Shown one piece after another: positions 54,196-63,636 of a stretch of 64,000 nucleotides of DNA. The notes below the pieces were generated by a model, which was not told the origin of the DNA, made no database searches, and was given only the letters and a program-made list of their open reading frames with translations. Source of the stretch: an uncultured Bacilli bacterium (GTDB taxonomy: Bacteria > Bacillota_I > Bacilli_A > RF39 > UBA660); the NCBI GenBank assembly GCA_944359725.1, contig CALVSY010000007.1, positions 130 to 64,129 on the forward strand, in the 5' to 3' direction. A program made the translations under genes and the position numbers. Numbering within the stretch: the first letter of the stretch is position 1; each line of letters begins with the position of its first letter.

Positions 54196-54441
54196 TACAT
54201 GCATTGATGAGGAAAAGTAATTAAATGATTCTTAAAAGAGAGCTAGTGATGGTGGAATACTAGTAAGATAGTTTAATGAAAGAACACCTTGGAGCTTCTT
54301 ACCGAAAGAAAAAACAAGTAGGCTAAGACGGAAGATAACCCGTTAAAGTATTATAAAGTGACTATTTATTTTAATAGTAAACTGGGTGGTACCACGGATA
54401 TAAACAGTTATTCGTCCCTATGGGATGGATGGCTGTTTTTT
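54196..54441 (+). promoter_or_regulatory. T-box riboswitch leader, probable AAC (Asn) specifier
   Basis: GA/K-turn TGATGAGG, AGAGAG bulge, distal hairpin CTAGT-GATGGTGGAAT-ACTAG, specifier loop 3' side GAAAG-AAC-A (AAC at 54283-54285), T-box sequence AAACTGGGTGGTACCACGG (54379-54397), and a 15-bp terminator (54404-54435) plus T-run. Confidence 0.8.
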
Positions 54442-54462
54442 AAATATAAGGAGGTTTTAAAG

Positions 54463-55716
54463 ATGGATGAGAAAAAAAGACGTTATGCTAACTTCTTAAT
54501 AACAAGATGCTTATCCATGAACGCTAAAGAACCATTGCTAATAAGCTATTTAACTGAGCAAAAGGATTTTGTTAACATAATAAAAGAAGAAGCAGAAAAA
54601 CTTGGTATAACAGAAATATATGAAATTGAAAGTAATAAAGAAAAAACAAAACAAATTTTAATTGATTCTACCATCGAGGAAATAGAAAAAGAACCTTATT
54701 TCGATAGGAAGATAATAAAAGAAGTATATGATATTGGTGGCTCTTACTTATCACTTGCATCGTATAGTAAATCCATATTAGATGATGTTGCAAAAGAAAA
54801 GAAAAAAGCTATGAGCAAGGTAAAGGTTGACTCTCAAGAAGATGCAGTGGCAGCAAGAGGCGTTTATAAATTTCCATGGTGTATAGCAGCCGTAGCAACA
54901 GATGAGTGGGCAGAAAAACTAAATCTTAATTCAGAAGATGAATTATGGAACATCATATTTAAAATTACGTTAATGAATAATGAAGATCCGGTTAAAGTAT
55001 GGGATGATAAGATAAAAACAAATACCCAAAGAAGAAACTTATTAAACGAATTAAAACTTTGTAAGTTAACGTACAAAAACAGTTTAGGAACGAATTTAGA
55101 AATAGCACTTCCTAAGGATGTAATATGGTGGGGTGCGGCAAAGAAAAGCTTCGATGGTAAAAAAGACTTAATAGTAAACATGCCAACTGAGGAAGTATAT
55201 ACAACTCCAGATAGGAACAAAGTAAATGGCATCATATATTCCAGTAGACCAATCATTGTTAAAGGAAAAATAATAGATAAATTTAGTTTAACTTTTAAGG
55301 ATGGAAAAGTAGAAAAAGTTTGGGCTAGTAACGATGATGAGAAATTATTAGAATTAATTGAAGAGTTTGATGGTATGAACTTTTTAGGAGAGTGTGCTTT
55401 CGTAGATTATGATTCACCGATTTCTAAAACAAATATGATTTTTAACTCAATTTTAATTGACGAAAACGCATCATGCCATTTGGCTTTAGGAAATGGTTTT
55501 CCTAAATGTATACCAAACGGAGAGGTAATGAGTGATGATGAATTATTAGAAAACGGAATAAACAGAAGCAAAAATCACGTTGACTTCATGGTAGGAACAA
55601 GTGATTTAAGTATAATAGGAACGGATGTATATGGTAATGAAGTACCGATATTTGTAGATGGTAACTTTGCCGAGGAAAAAATAAAAACATTTTTAAAAGA
55701 AAGGAATGATAAATAA
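54463..55716 (+). CDS. M29-family aminopeptidase (AmpS/PepS-like)
   Basis: AAGGAGG at 54448-54454, ATG 54463 (the track start at 54358 lies inside the T-box leader). About 417 aa, with overall resemblance to thermophilic-metalloprotease M29 aminopeptidases (…NMPTEEVYTTP…, …CHLALG…). Confidence 0.65.
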   Translation: MDEKKRRYANFLITRCLSMNAKEPLLISYLTEQKDFVNIIKEEAEKLGITEIYEIESNKEKTKQILIDSTIEEIEKEPYFDRKIIKEVYDIGGSYLSLASYSKSILDDVAKEKKKAMSKVKVDSQEDAVAARGVYKFPWCIAAVATDEWAEKLNLNSEDELWNIIFKITLMNNEDPVKVWDDKIKTNTQRRNLLNELKLCKLTYKNSLGTNLEIALPKDVIWWGAAKKSFDGKKDLIVNMPTEEVYTTPDRNKVNGIIYSSRPIIVKGKIIDKFSLTFKDGKVEKVWASNDDEKLLELIEEFDGMNFLGECAFVDYDSPISKTNMIFNSILIDENASCHLALGNGFPKCIPNGEVMSDDELLENGINRSKNHVDFMVGTSDLSIIGTDVYGNEVPIFVDGNFAEEKIKTFLKERNDK

Positions 55717-57458
55717 TGAGTACGTATAGAACAAATACATGCGGAGAGTTAACACTAAAAGATTTAGATAAGAAAGTAACACTTGCAGGTTTCGTATCAA
55801 CCATAAGAGACCATGGTGGAGTTATGTTTGTTGATTTAAGAGATCACTACGGAACAACCCAAATCGTTGTTCACGATGATGCAATGCTAAAAGGAGTTTC
55901 AAAAGAAACCGTAATCAAGGTTACTGGTGTGGTTGTTAAAAGAGATGAAGAAACGATAAATAAAAAAATCGCAACAGGAGAAATAGAAGTAGTAATAGAC
56001 TCACTAGAGCTACTATCAGATACTGCTAAAGTATTACCATTTGAAGTAGATGAATCTAAAAAGGTATCAGAAGACGTTAGGTTAAAGTACCGTTTCTTAG
56101 ACTTAAGAAATCCAAAGGTTCACGAAAATATTATCTTGAGGTCAAGAGCATTTAACTTCTTAAGAAATAAAATGCAAGAATTAGGTTTCTTAGAGATTCA
56201 AACGCCAATCCTTACCTCATCATCACCAGAAGGCGCTAGAGACTTTATAATTCCATCAAGAAAACATAAAGGAAAGTTCTACGCACTTCCACAAGCACCA
56301 CAACAATTTAAACAATTATTAATGGCATCAGGCTTTGATAAGTACTTCCAGCTTGCACCATGTTTTAGAGACGAAGATGGCCGTGCTGACAGACTAGTTG
56401 GAGAGTTTTACCAATTAGACATGGAAATGGCCTTCGCAGATCAAGAGGACATCATGAAGGTTGCCGAAGATGTATTTCCAGCATTCTTTAAAGAATTCGG
56501 AAAAAGACGTGTAACAGAAGGACATTTTAAAAGAATTCCTTACAATGAATCAATGCTTAAGTATGGTACTGATAAACCAGATTTAAGAAACCCTCTTGAG
56601 ATAATTGATGTATCAGAGGTATTTACCAATACTGAGTTTAAACCATTTAGAGGTGCCATCGTTCGTGCGATAAAAGTAGATGACATAGCAACAAAACCTA
56701 ACAGCTGGTTTAACGAAGTTGTTGATTATGCTAAATCAATTGATATGCCAGGTATTGGATACATCAGCGTAATGGAAGATAAATCACTTAAAGGACCAAT
56801 TGATAAATTCTTAACGGATGAAGATAGAAATGCATTATTTGAAAAAGCAGACTTAAAAGTAGGAAGTGTACTATTCTTTATCGCTGATAAAAGAAAAGAC
56901 GTTGTAACAAGAAACGCCGGTTTAATTAGAACAGAGTTAGGACGCAGGCTTGACTTAATGGATCATGATTTATTTGAATTCTGTTTTATAACTGACATGC
57001 CAATGTATGAAATAAGTGAAATAACAGGAAAACTTGATTTCATGCACAATCCATTTAGTATGCCACGCGGTGGAGAAAAAGCGTTAGATGAAAAAGATCC
57101 TTTAGAAATATATGCTGACCAATTTGACGTTGTATGTAACGGTGTTGAGTTAGTATCAGGTGCCGTTAGAAACAATCGTCCAGAAGTACTTGTTAAGGCG
57201 TTTGAAAAAGCTGGATATACCGAGGAAGATATAAAAAGTAAATTCAACGCATTATACACGGCATTTGGTTATGGATGCCCTCCACACGTAGGAATGGCAC
57301 TAGGAATTGACCGTGCTCTTATGATGCTTTTAGAAGAAGATAACGTAAGAGAAACAGTTGCGTTCCCATTAAATCAAAATGGTGAAGACGTACTTACTGG
57401 AACTCCAAACGAGGTTACCGAATTACAACTAAGAGAGACTCATATTAAGTTAAGATAA
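55716..57458 (+). CDS. aspS: Aspartyl-tRNA synthetase (bacterial type)
   Basis: Class II motifs (FRDEDGRADR, GVELVSGAVR, GMALGIDR). Start overlaps the previous stop (TAATG). Confidence 0.95.
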   Translation: MSTYRTNTCGELTLKDLDKKVTLAGFVSTIRDHGGVMFVDLRDHYGTTQIVVHDDAMLKGVSKETVIKVTGVVVKRDEETINKKIATGEIEVVIDSLELLSDTAKVLPFEVDESKKVSEDVRLKYRFLDLRNPKVHENIILRSRAFNFLRNKMQELGFLEIQTPILTSSSPEGARDFIIPSRKHKGKFYALPQAPQQFKQLLMASGFDKYFQLAPCFRDEDGRADRLVGEFYQLDMEMAFADQEDIMKVAEDVFPAFFKEFGKRRVTEGHFKRIPYNESMLKYGTDKPDLRNPLEIIDVSEVFTNTEFKPFRGAIVRAIKVDDIATKPNSWFNEVVDYAKSIDMPGIGYISVMEDKSLKGPIDKFLTDEDRNALFEKADLKVGSVLFFIADKRKDVVTRNAGLIRTELGRRLDLMDHDLFEFCFITDMPMYEISEITGKLDFMHNPFSMPRGGEKALDEKDPLEIYADQFDVVCNGVELVSGAVRNNRPEVLVKAFEKAGYTEEDIKSKFNALYTAFGYGCPPHVGMALGIDRALMMLLEEDNVRETVAFPLNQNGEDVLTGTPNEVTELQLRETHIKLR

Positions 57459-57467
57459 GAGGTGTAT

Positions 57468-58139
57468 ATGAAAAAAGTAAATATTTTATGGAGCGGTATT
57501 ACAGGAAGAACTGGCCAGTTAGCACTCGAATTTTCAAAACAAAATAATTTTGTTACTATTGTTGCTGGAGTAAGTAATAGTAACAGTAGTTATTATAATT
57601 ATGATGAGTTAGATAAAATAAAAGAAAAATTTGATGTTATAGTGGACTTTTCCCATGAAGATAATTTAGAGAAAATTTTACAATTTGCTTTAAAAGCAAA
57701 AAAGCCTTTAATAATAGGAACTTATATTAAAGATGCAAAACATATAAATATGATAGAAGAAGCATCAAAGATAATACCAATTTTTAAAGGTGGAAATTTT
57801 AGGTTTGATGTAAAAAAGTTTATGGATGATGTAATTGAATATGCAAATACTTCGACTGAGGATATCGTGCTTGTTGAAACACATTATAAGACAAAAAAAG
57901 TTCCTAGCCAAACAGCTTTAGAATTAAAAGAAATGGTTTTAAATAAAACAGGTAAGCAACTTAAAATAGATTCTAGGTTAGAATATGATGATTTAATAAA
58001 TGATTATAAAGTAAATAATATTAGTTGTCATGTACAAGGATTTGATGGTTTGATAGAAGGAGTTTTAAAAGTAGCTCAAATAATGTCTAGTAATATTAAA
58101 CCTGATTTATATAATTTAAATAAATTATTTGATGAATAA
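57468..58139 (+). CDS. Short, divergent DapB-like (dihydrodipicolinate reductase fold) protein
   Basis: GITGRTGQ (compare GxxGRMG), DVIVDFSHED (compare DVxIDFTxP), LIIGT and GNFRFDV (compare ANFSxGV). The catalytic-region motif reads ETHYKTKKVPSQTA instead of the recalled E.HH..K.DAPSGTA. Confidence 0.45.
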   Translation: MKKVNILWSGITGRTGQLALEFSKQNNFVTIVAGVSNSNSSYYNYDELDKIKEKFDVIVDFSHEDNLEKILQFALKAKKPLIIGTYIKDAKHINMIEEASKIIPIFKGGNFRFDVKKFMDDVIEYANTSTEDIVLVETHYKTKKVPSQTALELKEMVLNKTGKQLKIDSRLEYDDLINDYKVNNISCHVQGFDGLIEGVLKVAQIMSSNIKPDLYNLNKLFDE

Positions 58140-58155
58140 AATAAGGAGGCAAATA

Positions 58156-58461
58156 ATGCAAAAGATAACAAGAGAAAACATACAAGATTACGCACTAAAA
58201 TTAATGTTTAAGATGAAAGATGAAGAATTTGAAACTTTTGAAAAAGAATTTGAAACCATTTTAAAACACATGGACTTAATCGGGCAAATTGATGGAATAG
58301 AAAAAGTTGAACCGATGACTTTTCCATTTAAAAACAAGGATGTTAAATTAAGAAAAGACGTTGCAACATCTGCTTTAACTACTGATGATGCAGTTAAAAA
58401 CGCTCATGAAACAATTTATGATGAAATAAAAGTTCCAAAAGTAGTTGGGGGTGAATCTTAA
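58156..58461 (+). CDS. gatC: Glu/Asp-tRNA amidotransferase subunit C
   Basis: AAGGAGG at 58143-58149, ATG 58156. 101 aa, immediately upstream of gatA. Confidence 0.85.
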   Translation: MQKITRENIQDYALKLMFKMKDEEFETFEKEFETILKHMDLIGQIDGIEKVEPMTFPFKNKDVKLRKDVATSALTTDDAVKNAHETIYDEIKVPKVVGGES

Positions 58462-59900
58462 TGAGTTATTTAGATAAGAGTTTAGAAGAAATACACAAGG
58501 CTTTAAAAGAAGGCGAAGTAACAAGTAAAGAACTAATAGAAGAATCTCTTAAAAGAGCTCATGAATATCAAGATGAGTTAAATAGCTTTGTAACTATTTT
58601 GGATGATGCAAAAGAAGAAAAGGTAACGGATAATATTTTGTCTGGAATTCCTTGTGCAATAAAAGATAACTTTTCAACAAAAGGAGTTTTAACAACTGCT
58701 TCGTCAAACATTTTAGCGGATTACGTTCCGGTTTTTGATGCAACTGCAGTTAGTAAACTAAAAGACGCTGGTGCCGTTATGATTGGTAAAACCGTTCTTG
58801 ATGAGCTTGCTATGGGTGGAACAGGAACAACTGGTCATACTGGTATTGTTAGAAATCCATGGGATCCTAAAAGAATGATCGGTGGCTCATCTGCTGGTTC
58901 GGCATCAGCTGTTGCTCGTGGTATCGTGCCTTACGCACTAGGTTCTGATACAGGTGATTCAATCCGTAAGCCCGCTGGATATGGTGGCGTGGTAGGCTAT
59001 AAGCCAACTTATGGTTTAGTATCAAGATGGGGATTATTTGCGTTTGCTTCATCATTAGATCACGTTGGTTGTTTTGCTAAAACGGTAGAAGATACCGCAT
59101 ACGTAATAGATAACATAAAGGGAATTGATGAAAAGGACATGACGTCGTTTGATTCTTCTAATATTAAAATAATTGAAAACTTAAATAATGATGTTAAAGG
59201 AAGAAAATTATTTTACATAAAAGAAATCGTTGATAATTTAAAAGATGACAAAGTATACTATGATAATTTCTTAAAAGTAATAGATTACTGTAAAGAATTA
59301 GGAATAGAAGTTGCAGAAGAAAGTATTGACGAGGTCGTATTAAAAGGTATTTATCCATCTTACATGGCAATAAGTTGCGCTGAGGCAACTAGTAATAACT
59401 CAAACCTTACTGGTATTCCGTTTGGTAATAGAAAAGAAGGACATACTCCAGATGAGGTTATGATAAATACTAGAACTGAAGGTTTTTCTGAATTAATAAG
59501 AAGAAGGTTTGTTATTGGGTCATTCATCCTTCAAAAAGAAAATCAAGAAAAACTATTTAAAAATGCGCAAAGAATAAGAAGATTAGTAGTTGATAAAATG
59601 ACTGAGTTATTTAAAAAATATGATGGTTGTATTATGCCAAACGCAGGTTCCATCGCACCATATTTTGATGAAGAACATGATCGTTTATCAGAAAAATATC
59701 TTTTACTTGAAAACCATTTAGCAATTGGTAACTTTGGAGGTTTCCCATCTATTACCATTCCATCAGGCCTTGTTGATAATATGCCGGTTGCAATTAATAT
59801 AACTGGTCCTATTATGAGTGATGATGTGGTGTTTAACATTGCCAAAAAACTAGAAGAAAAAATAGGTTTTGTACCGTTAAGTGAAAAGGAGGAAAAGTAG
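58461..59900 (+). CDS. gatA: Glu/Asp-tRNA amidotransferase subunit A
   Basis: Amidase signature GGSSAGSASAVA...GSDTGDSIRKPA. Confidence 0.95.
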   Translation: MSYLDKSLEEIHKALKEGEVTSKELIEESLKRAHEYQDELNSFVTILDDAKEEKVTDNILSGIPCAIKDNFSTKGVLTTASSNILADYVPVFDATAVSKLKDAGAVMIGKTVLDELAMGGTGTTGHTGIVRNPWDPKRMIGGSSAGSASAVARGIVPYALGSDTGDSIRKPAGYGGVVGYKPTYGLVSRWGLFAFASSLDHVGCFAKTVEDTAYVIDNIKGIDEKDMTSFDSSNIKIIENLNNDVKGRKLFYIKEIVDNLKDDKVYYDNFLKVIDYCKELGIEVAEESIDEVVLKGIYPSYMAISCAEATSNNSNLTGIPFGNRKEGHTPDEVMINTRTEGFSELIRRRFVIGSFILQKENQEKLFKNAQRIRRLVVDKMTELFKKYDGCIMPNAGSIAPYFDEEHDRLSEKYLLLENHLAIGNFGGFPSITIPSGLVDNMPVAINITGPIMSDDVVFNIAKKLEEKIGFVPLSEKEEK

Positions 59901-59901
59901 T

Positions 59902-61335
59902 ATGTATAAAGTAACGATTGGACTAGAAGTTCACTGTGAACTTGAATCAAATTCAAAAGTTTTCTCTCCTGCAATAAATGGCTACACAGAAGCACCAAAT
60001 AGCCACGTAGCGTACCAAGACTTAGGTTTTCCGGGTATCTTACCAGTTGCTAATGAAGAGGCCGTTAAAAGGGCTTTAAAGGTGTCTATGGCAATGAATT
60101 GTAAAACACCAGATGAGATAATCTTTGATCGTAAAAACTATTATTATCCAGATTTACCCAAGGGATATCAAATAACTCAGATGACCAAACCAGTTGGTAT
60201 AAATGGATATGTTGATATTGATGTAAATGGAGAAATTAAAAGAGTAGACATTCATGATACTCACCTAGAAGAAGATACCGCATCACTAGATCACTATGAT
60301 ACTTACTCATTAATTGATTATAACCGTTCTGGTATTCCTTTACTTGAAACTGTAACAGAACCTTGCTTACATTCTAAGGAAGAAGCTTTAACTTTTTTAG
60401 AGACTTATCGTTCTTTAATCGTTTACTGTGGTGTGTCAGAAGCAAGAAGTGATAAAGGACAAATGAGATGTGACGTTAACGTATCACTTTCTGAAACTGA
60501 AGAACTAGGAAGCAAGGTAGAAATCAAAAACATTAACTCGTTTTATAACGTTGGTCGTGCAATTGATTTTGAAATTGAAAGACAAACTGAGATACTTCAA
60601 AACGGTGGGGTAGTAGAACAAGAAACAAGAAGGTTAGATGATGAAACCGGTGAGACTTTCCACATGAGAAGTAAGGTTGATGCGGTTGATTATAAATACT
60701 TTATTGAACCAAACATTGCACCAACTCCTGTTACTGATGAAATGCTAGAAGAAATAAGAAAAACAATTCCTATGCTTCAGCTTGATAGAAAAAGAAAATA
60801 CATGAATGAGTATGGACTTTCAGAGTACGATGCATCAGTTTTAGTAAAATCAAAAGAGGACTCTGATTTCTTCCAAGAGTGCGTTGATGCTGGCGCTGAT
60901 CCTAAAAAGGCATGTAACTGGGTTACTGGAATGCTTATGGGATATTTAAATGAAAATGAAATAACGATAAAAGACGTACCAATAAAACCAGTTATGATAA
61001 AAGAATTAATTGATCTTGTTGATAACAAAACGATATCTTCAAAACAAGCTAAAGAAGTATTTGAATGTATGATAGAATCAGGCAAAGAACCAAACATAAT
61101 TGTAAAAGAAAAAGGTATGATGCAAATTACTGATGATAATGCTATTCATGATGTTGTTATGGAAGTATTAAAAGAAAACGATGAGCAAGCAAGAAGTTAT
61201 AATCCTGAAAAAACAAGAATGATTGATTTCTTCGTTGGACAGGTTATGAAAAAGACTCGTGGTAAAGCAAACCCAGCTAAGACAATGGAAATGTTAAGAG
61301 AAGAACTTTTAAAATATGGAAATAAAGAAAGCTAA
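59902..61335 (+). CDS. gatB: Glu/Asp-tRNA amidotransferase subunit B
   Basis: YKVTIGLEVHCEL and a C-terminal YqeY-like tail. ATG 59902 after AAGGAGG. Confidence 0.95.
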   Translation: MYKVTIGLEVHCELESNSKVFSPAINGYTEAPNSHVAYQDLGFPGILPVANEEAVKRALKVSMAMNCKTPDEIIFDRKNYYYPDLPKGYQITQMTKPVGINGYVDIDVNGEIKRVDIHDTHLEEDTASLDHYDTYSLIDYNRSGIPLLETVTEPCLHSKEEALTFLETYRSLIVYCGVSEARSDKGQMRCDVNVSLSETEELGSKVEIKNINSFYNVGRAIDFEIERQTEILQNGGVVEQETRRLDDETGETFHMRSKVDAVDYKYFIEPNIAPTPVTDEMLEEIRKTIPMLQLDRKRKYMNEYGLSEYDASVLVKSKEDSDFFQECVDAGADPKKACNWVTGMLMGYLNENEITIKDVPIKPVMIKELIDLVDNKTISSKQAKEVFECMIESGKEPNIIVKEKGMMQITDDNAIHDVVMEVLKENDEQARSYNPEKTRMIDFFVGQVMKKTRGKANPAKTMEMLREELLKYGNKES

Positions 61336-61352
61336 TCTTAAGCTTTCTTTTT
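61326..61352 (+). terminator. Terminator of the gatCAB operon
   Basis: AGAAAGCT / AGCTTTCT stem plus a T-run. Confidence 0.6.
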
Positions 61353-61470
61353 ACTTTGAAAATCATTTTATAAATATATGTAAAGTTATATGTAGAAAAA
61401 TAAAACAATAATCTAAATTTTATAAATATTATTTTTTAATATGTTACAATTATTAGTAATAGGAGTAATT

Positions 61471-62459
61471 ATGAAAGATAAAGAAAAGTTTTTAAATATT
61501 ATTTCAATTATAATTATCTTTATAGATGTGTTGATTTTATTTCTTGATTTTATGCTTAACGATGCTGCATTTATAAGTGGTGCTTTTGAAAATATTAAAA
61601 AATTATCATTTGAGTATTCAACTTTAATTTTCTTTTTACCCAATTTTTTAATGATATGTTATTTAATATACAAAATTGTGTATAGAATATTTTTATCTTT
61701 TATTCGTGGCTATAAAAAAATTGATGTTAAATACATAAGAGATGATTTGGATAAAATAACACCATCTTATGTATATTTTATTGTAAATATGGATTTAGAT
61801 GTTGATAAATGCGTAAATGCAACCATATTAAAATTAATTTATAATAAAAACATAAATATTGTAAATAATAAACTTGATGTAGTTGATAAAGAAACTGATA
61901 ACTTAAAGGGCTCTGAAAAATTTATATTAAAATGTTTGAAAAATAAAAGAAATTCATTAGATTATAAAAAAGAATATGATTTAGATGGTGATATTTTTAA
62001 AGAAGCATATAAACAAGTTATAATAAAAGAATTGAAAGAACAAAACTGTTAATAAATGGAGATTTTATTAGTTTTGTTTTTGTTATTCTTATGTTTTTAA
62101 TCTTTTTTGTTATACCGTATATTTTAGGTGTAACCATTAAAAATGATGTGGTTGAAAGCATTACAAGTTCAATTTTTATTTCTGGATTTTTTATTGTTCC
62201 AATATTAATATATATTGTGTCAGCATCGGCTAGTAAATTAGAAAACATTCAAAATTATAGAAGAACATCCAAAGGGAAAAATTTACTTCATAAGTCTTTA
62301 GGGTTAAAAAAATTTTTACAAGATTTTTCAAATATAGAAAAAGTTAAACTAGAAGAATTAAAACTAAGAGAATTTTATCTTATATATTCTATAGTTTTTG
62401 ATTTTAATAATGATGAAAATAAAAGAATAAAATTATTGAAAACAAATAGTATAAGGTGA
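61471..62459 (+). pseudogene. DUF2207-like membrane protein split into two ORFs by a frameshift (61471-62052 and 62091-62459)
   Basis: ORF1 ends KELKEQNC*. The ORF2 frame is already open from 62013, so the two frames overlap for ~40 nt. ORF2 carries the typical C-terminal GLKKFLQDFSNIE...FYLIYSIVF motif and ORF1 the central YIRDDLDKITPSYV motif. Confidence 0.4.
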
Positions 62460-62475
62460 AAAATGTATAAAAAAA

Positions 62476-62509
62476 CTCATAAGCTAAACACGCTTATGAG
62501 CTTTTTTTT
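62476..62509. terminator. Bidirectional terminator
   Basis: CTCATAAGC / GCTTATGAG stem flanked by A6 and T8 runs. Confidence 0.65.
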
Positions 62510-62510
62510 G

Positions 62511-63458
62511 TTAAAAGATTCGGTTTATAGATACACTTGCAGAATATAAATCATTTGGTACTAGATCAAAATCAATGCCAGAGGTATTAATTAGTCTATA
62601 GCTTGCACCAGGAAGTGCTTCGAATATTGCGTTACCGCTAATTGTTCCGGTATCGCAGCAAGTAAGTTTGTTGTGAGTAGAAGAGTGAGCTATTAATACA
62701 TCATTAGGCCAGAATTGATGAAGTTCTATACCAAGTGTTTTTGGTTCACAATCTTGCTCGCCATTATTTTTATTTCTTACGTTTACCCACCAATGCATAG
62801 CATATATACCAGCTTCAGGGATAGAGAAATCACCAGTTGCGGGATTATATGTTATTTTATTTGAAATGTTTGTAGTTTGGAATAGTAATGGTGTTTGTGC
62901 AGGAACAGTTGTGTTGGTTTCATCATGAACCATTGCGTAACTGTCTAATGTAGTTCCAGGACCTGCAGGACCAGTAGGACCAGTTACACCTTGAGGTCCA
63001 GTAGCCCCAGTAGGACCAGTAACACCTTGAGGACCAGTAGCACCGGTAGGGCCGGTAACACCTTGAGGACCAGTAGCACCAGTAGGGCCGGTAACACCTT
63101 GAGGACCAGTAGCACCGGTAGGGCCGGTTATACCTTGAGGTCCAGTAGCACCAGTAGGCCCGGTTACACCTTGAGGACCAGTTGCCCCAGTAGGACCAGT
63201 TACACCTTGAGGCCCAGTAGCACCAGTAGGCCCGGTTACACCTTGAGGACCAGTTGCCCCAGTAGGCCCGGTAGCACCTCTTGGACCAGTAGGTCCGGTA
63301 GGACCTTGACAACCGTCACATCCTCTTGGCCCGGTAGGACCAGTAGGTCCTGTACAATCATTTACCAAGCATTTGATAACCTCACATAAACAGTCATCTT
63401 TTTTGCATGGTTTTTTAATTATTTCGTTTAAGTTTAGATTTTCTATATCGTTGTTCAT
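62511..63458 (-). CDS. Collagen-like exosporium-type glycoprotein (BclA-like) with a C1q/TNF-like C-terminal domain
   Basis: ATG 63458 lies downstream of GGAGG (reverse complement of 63471-63475). Cys-rich N-terminus, ~130 aa of Gly-X-Y, and a ~150-aa beta-rich C-terminal domain as in BclA. Confidence 0.75.
   Translation of the reverse strand: MNNDIENLNLNEIIKKPCKKDDCLCEVIKCLVNDCTGPTGPTGPRGCDGCQGPTGPTGPRGATGPTGATGPQGVTGPTGATGPQGVTGPTGATGPQGVTGPTGATGPQGITGPTGATGPQGVTGPTGATGPQGVTGPTGATGPQGVTGPTGATGPQGVTGPTGPAGPGTTLDSYAMVHDETNTTVPAQTPLLFQTTNISNKITYNPATGDFSIPEAGIYAMHWWVNVRNKNNGEQDCEPKTLGIELHQFWPNDVLIAHSSTHNKLTCCDTGTISGNAIFEALPGASYRLINTSGIDFDLVPNDLYSASVSINRIF
62982..63269 (-). repeat. Eight tandem 36-bp repeats encoding ([10 protein letters not shown][V/I]T)x8 within a Gly-X-Y region spanning 62955-63350
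   Basis: Read directly from the translation. The units are near-identical at the DNA level. Confidence 0.85.
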
Positions 63459-63636
63459 CTTTATTTTTTTCCTCCTTTCACTACCATAATATGTTGGTAA
63501 CAAAAATGTGACCGAGCGAATATAATATAGGTTATAACATGATGGTTATATAACACGGTTAAAGTTTTCTTATTTAATTGACTTTTCATCATTAAACAAG
63601 TTAAAATAGGATTAGGAAAAAATATGGAGGTGTGAT

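Noticed and set aside
62923-63389. 129-aa (minus) and 132-aa (plus) ORFs overlapping the collagen-like gene
   Set aside because: These are alternate-frame artefacts of the Gly-X-Y repeat DNA. Their products are low-complexity (RSY/WS or RTS repeats) and they have no start context. The GPT/GAT/GPQ frame, with a proper SD and a folded C-terminal domain, is the real one.
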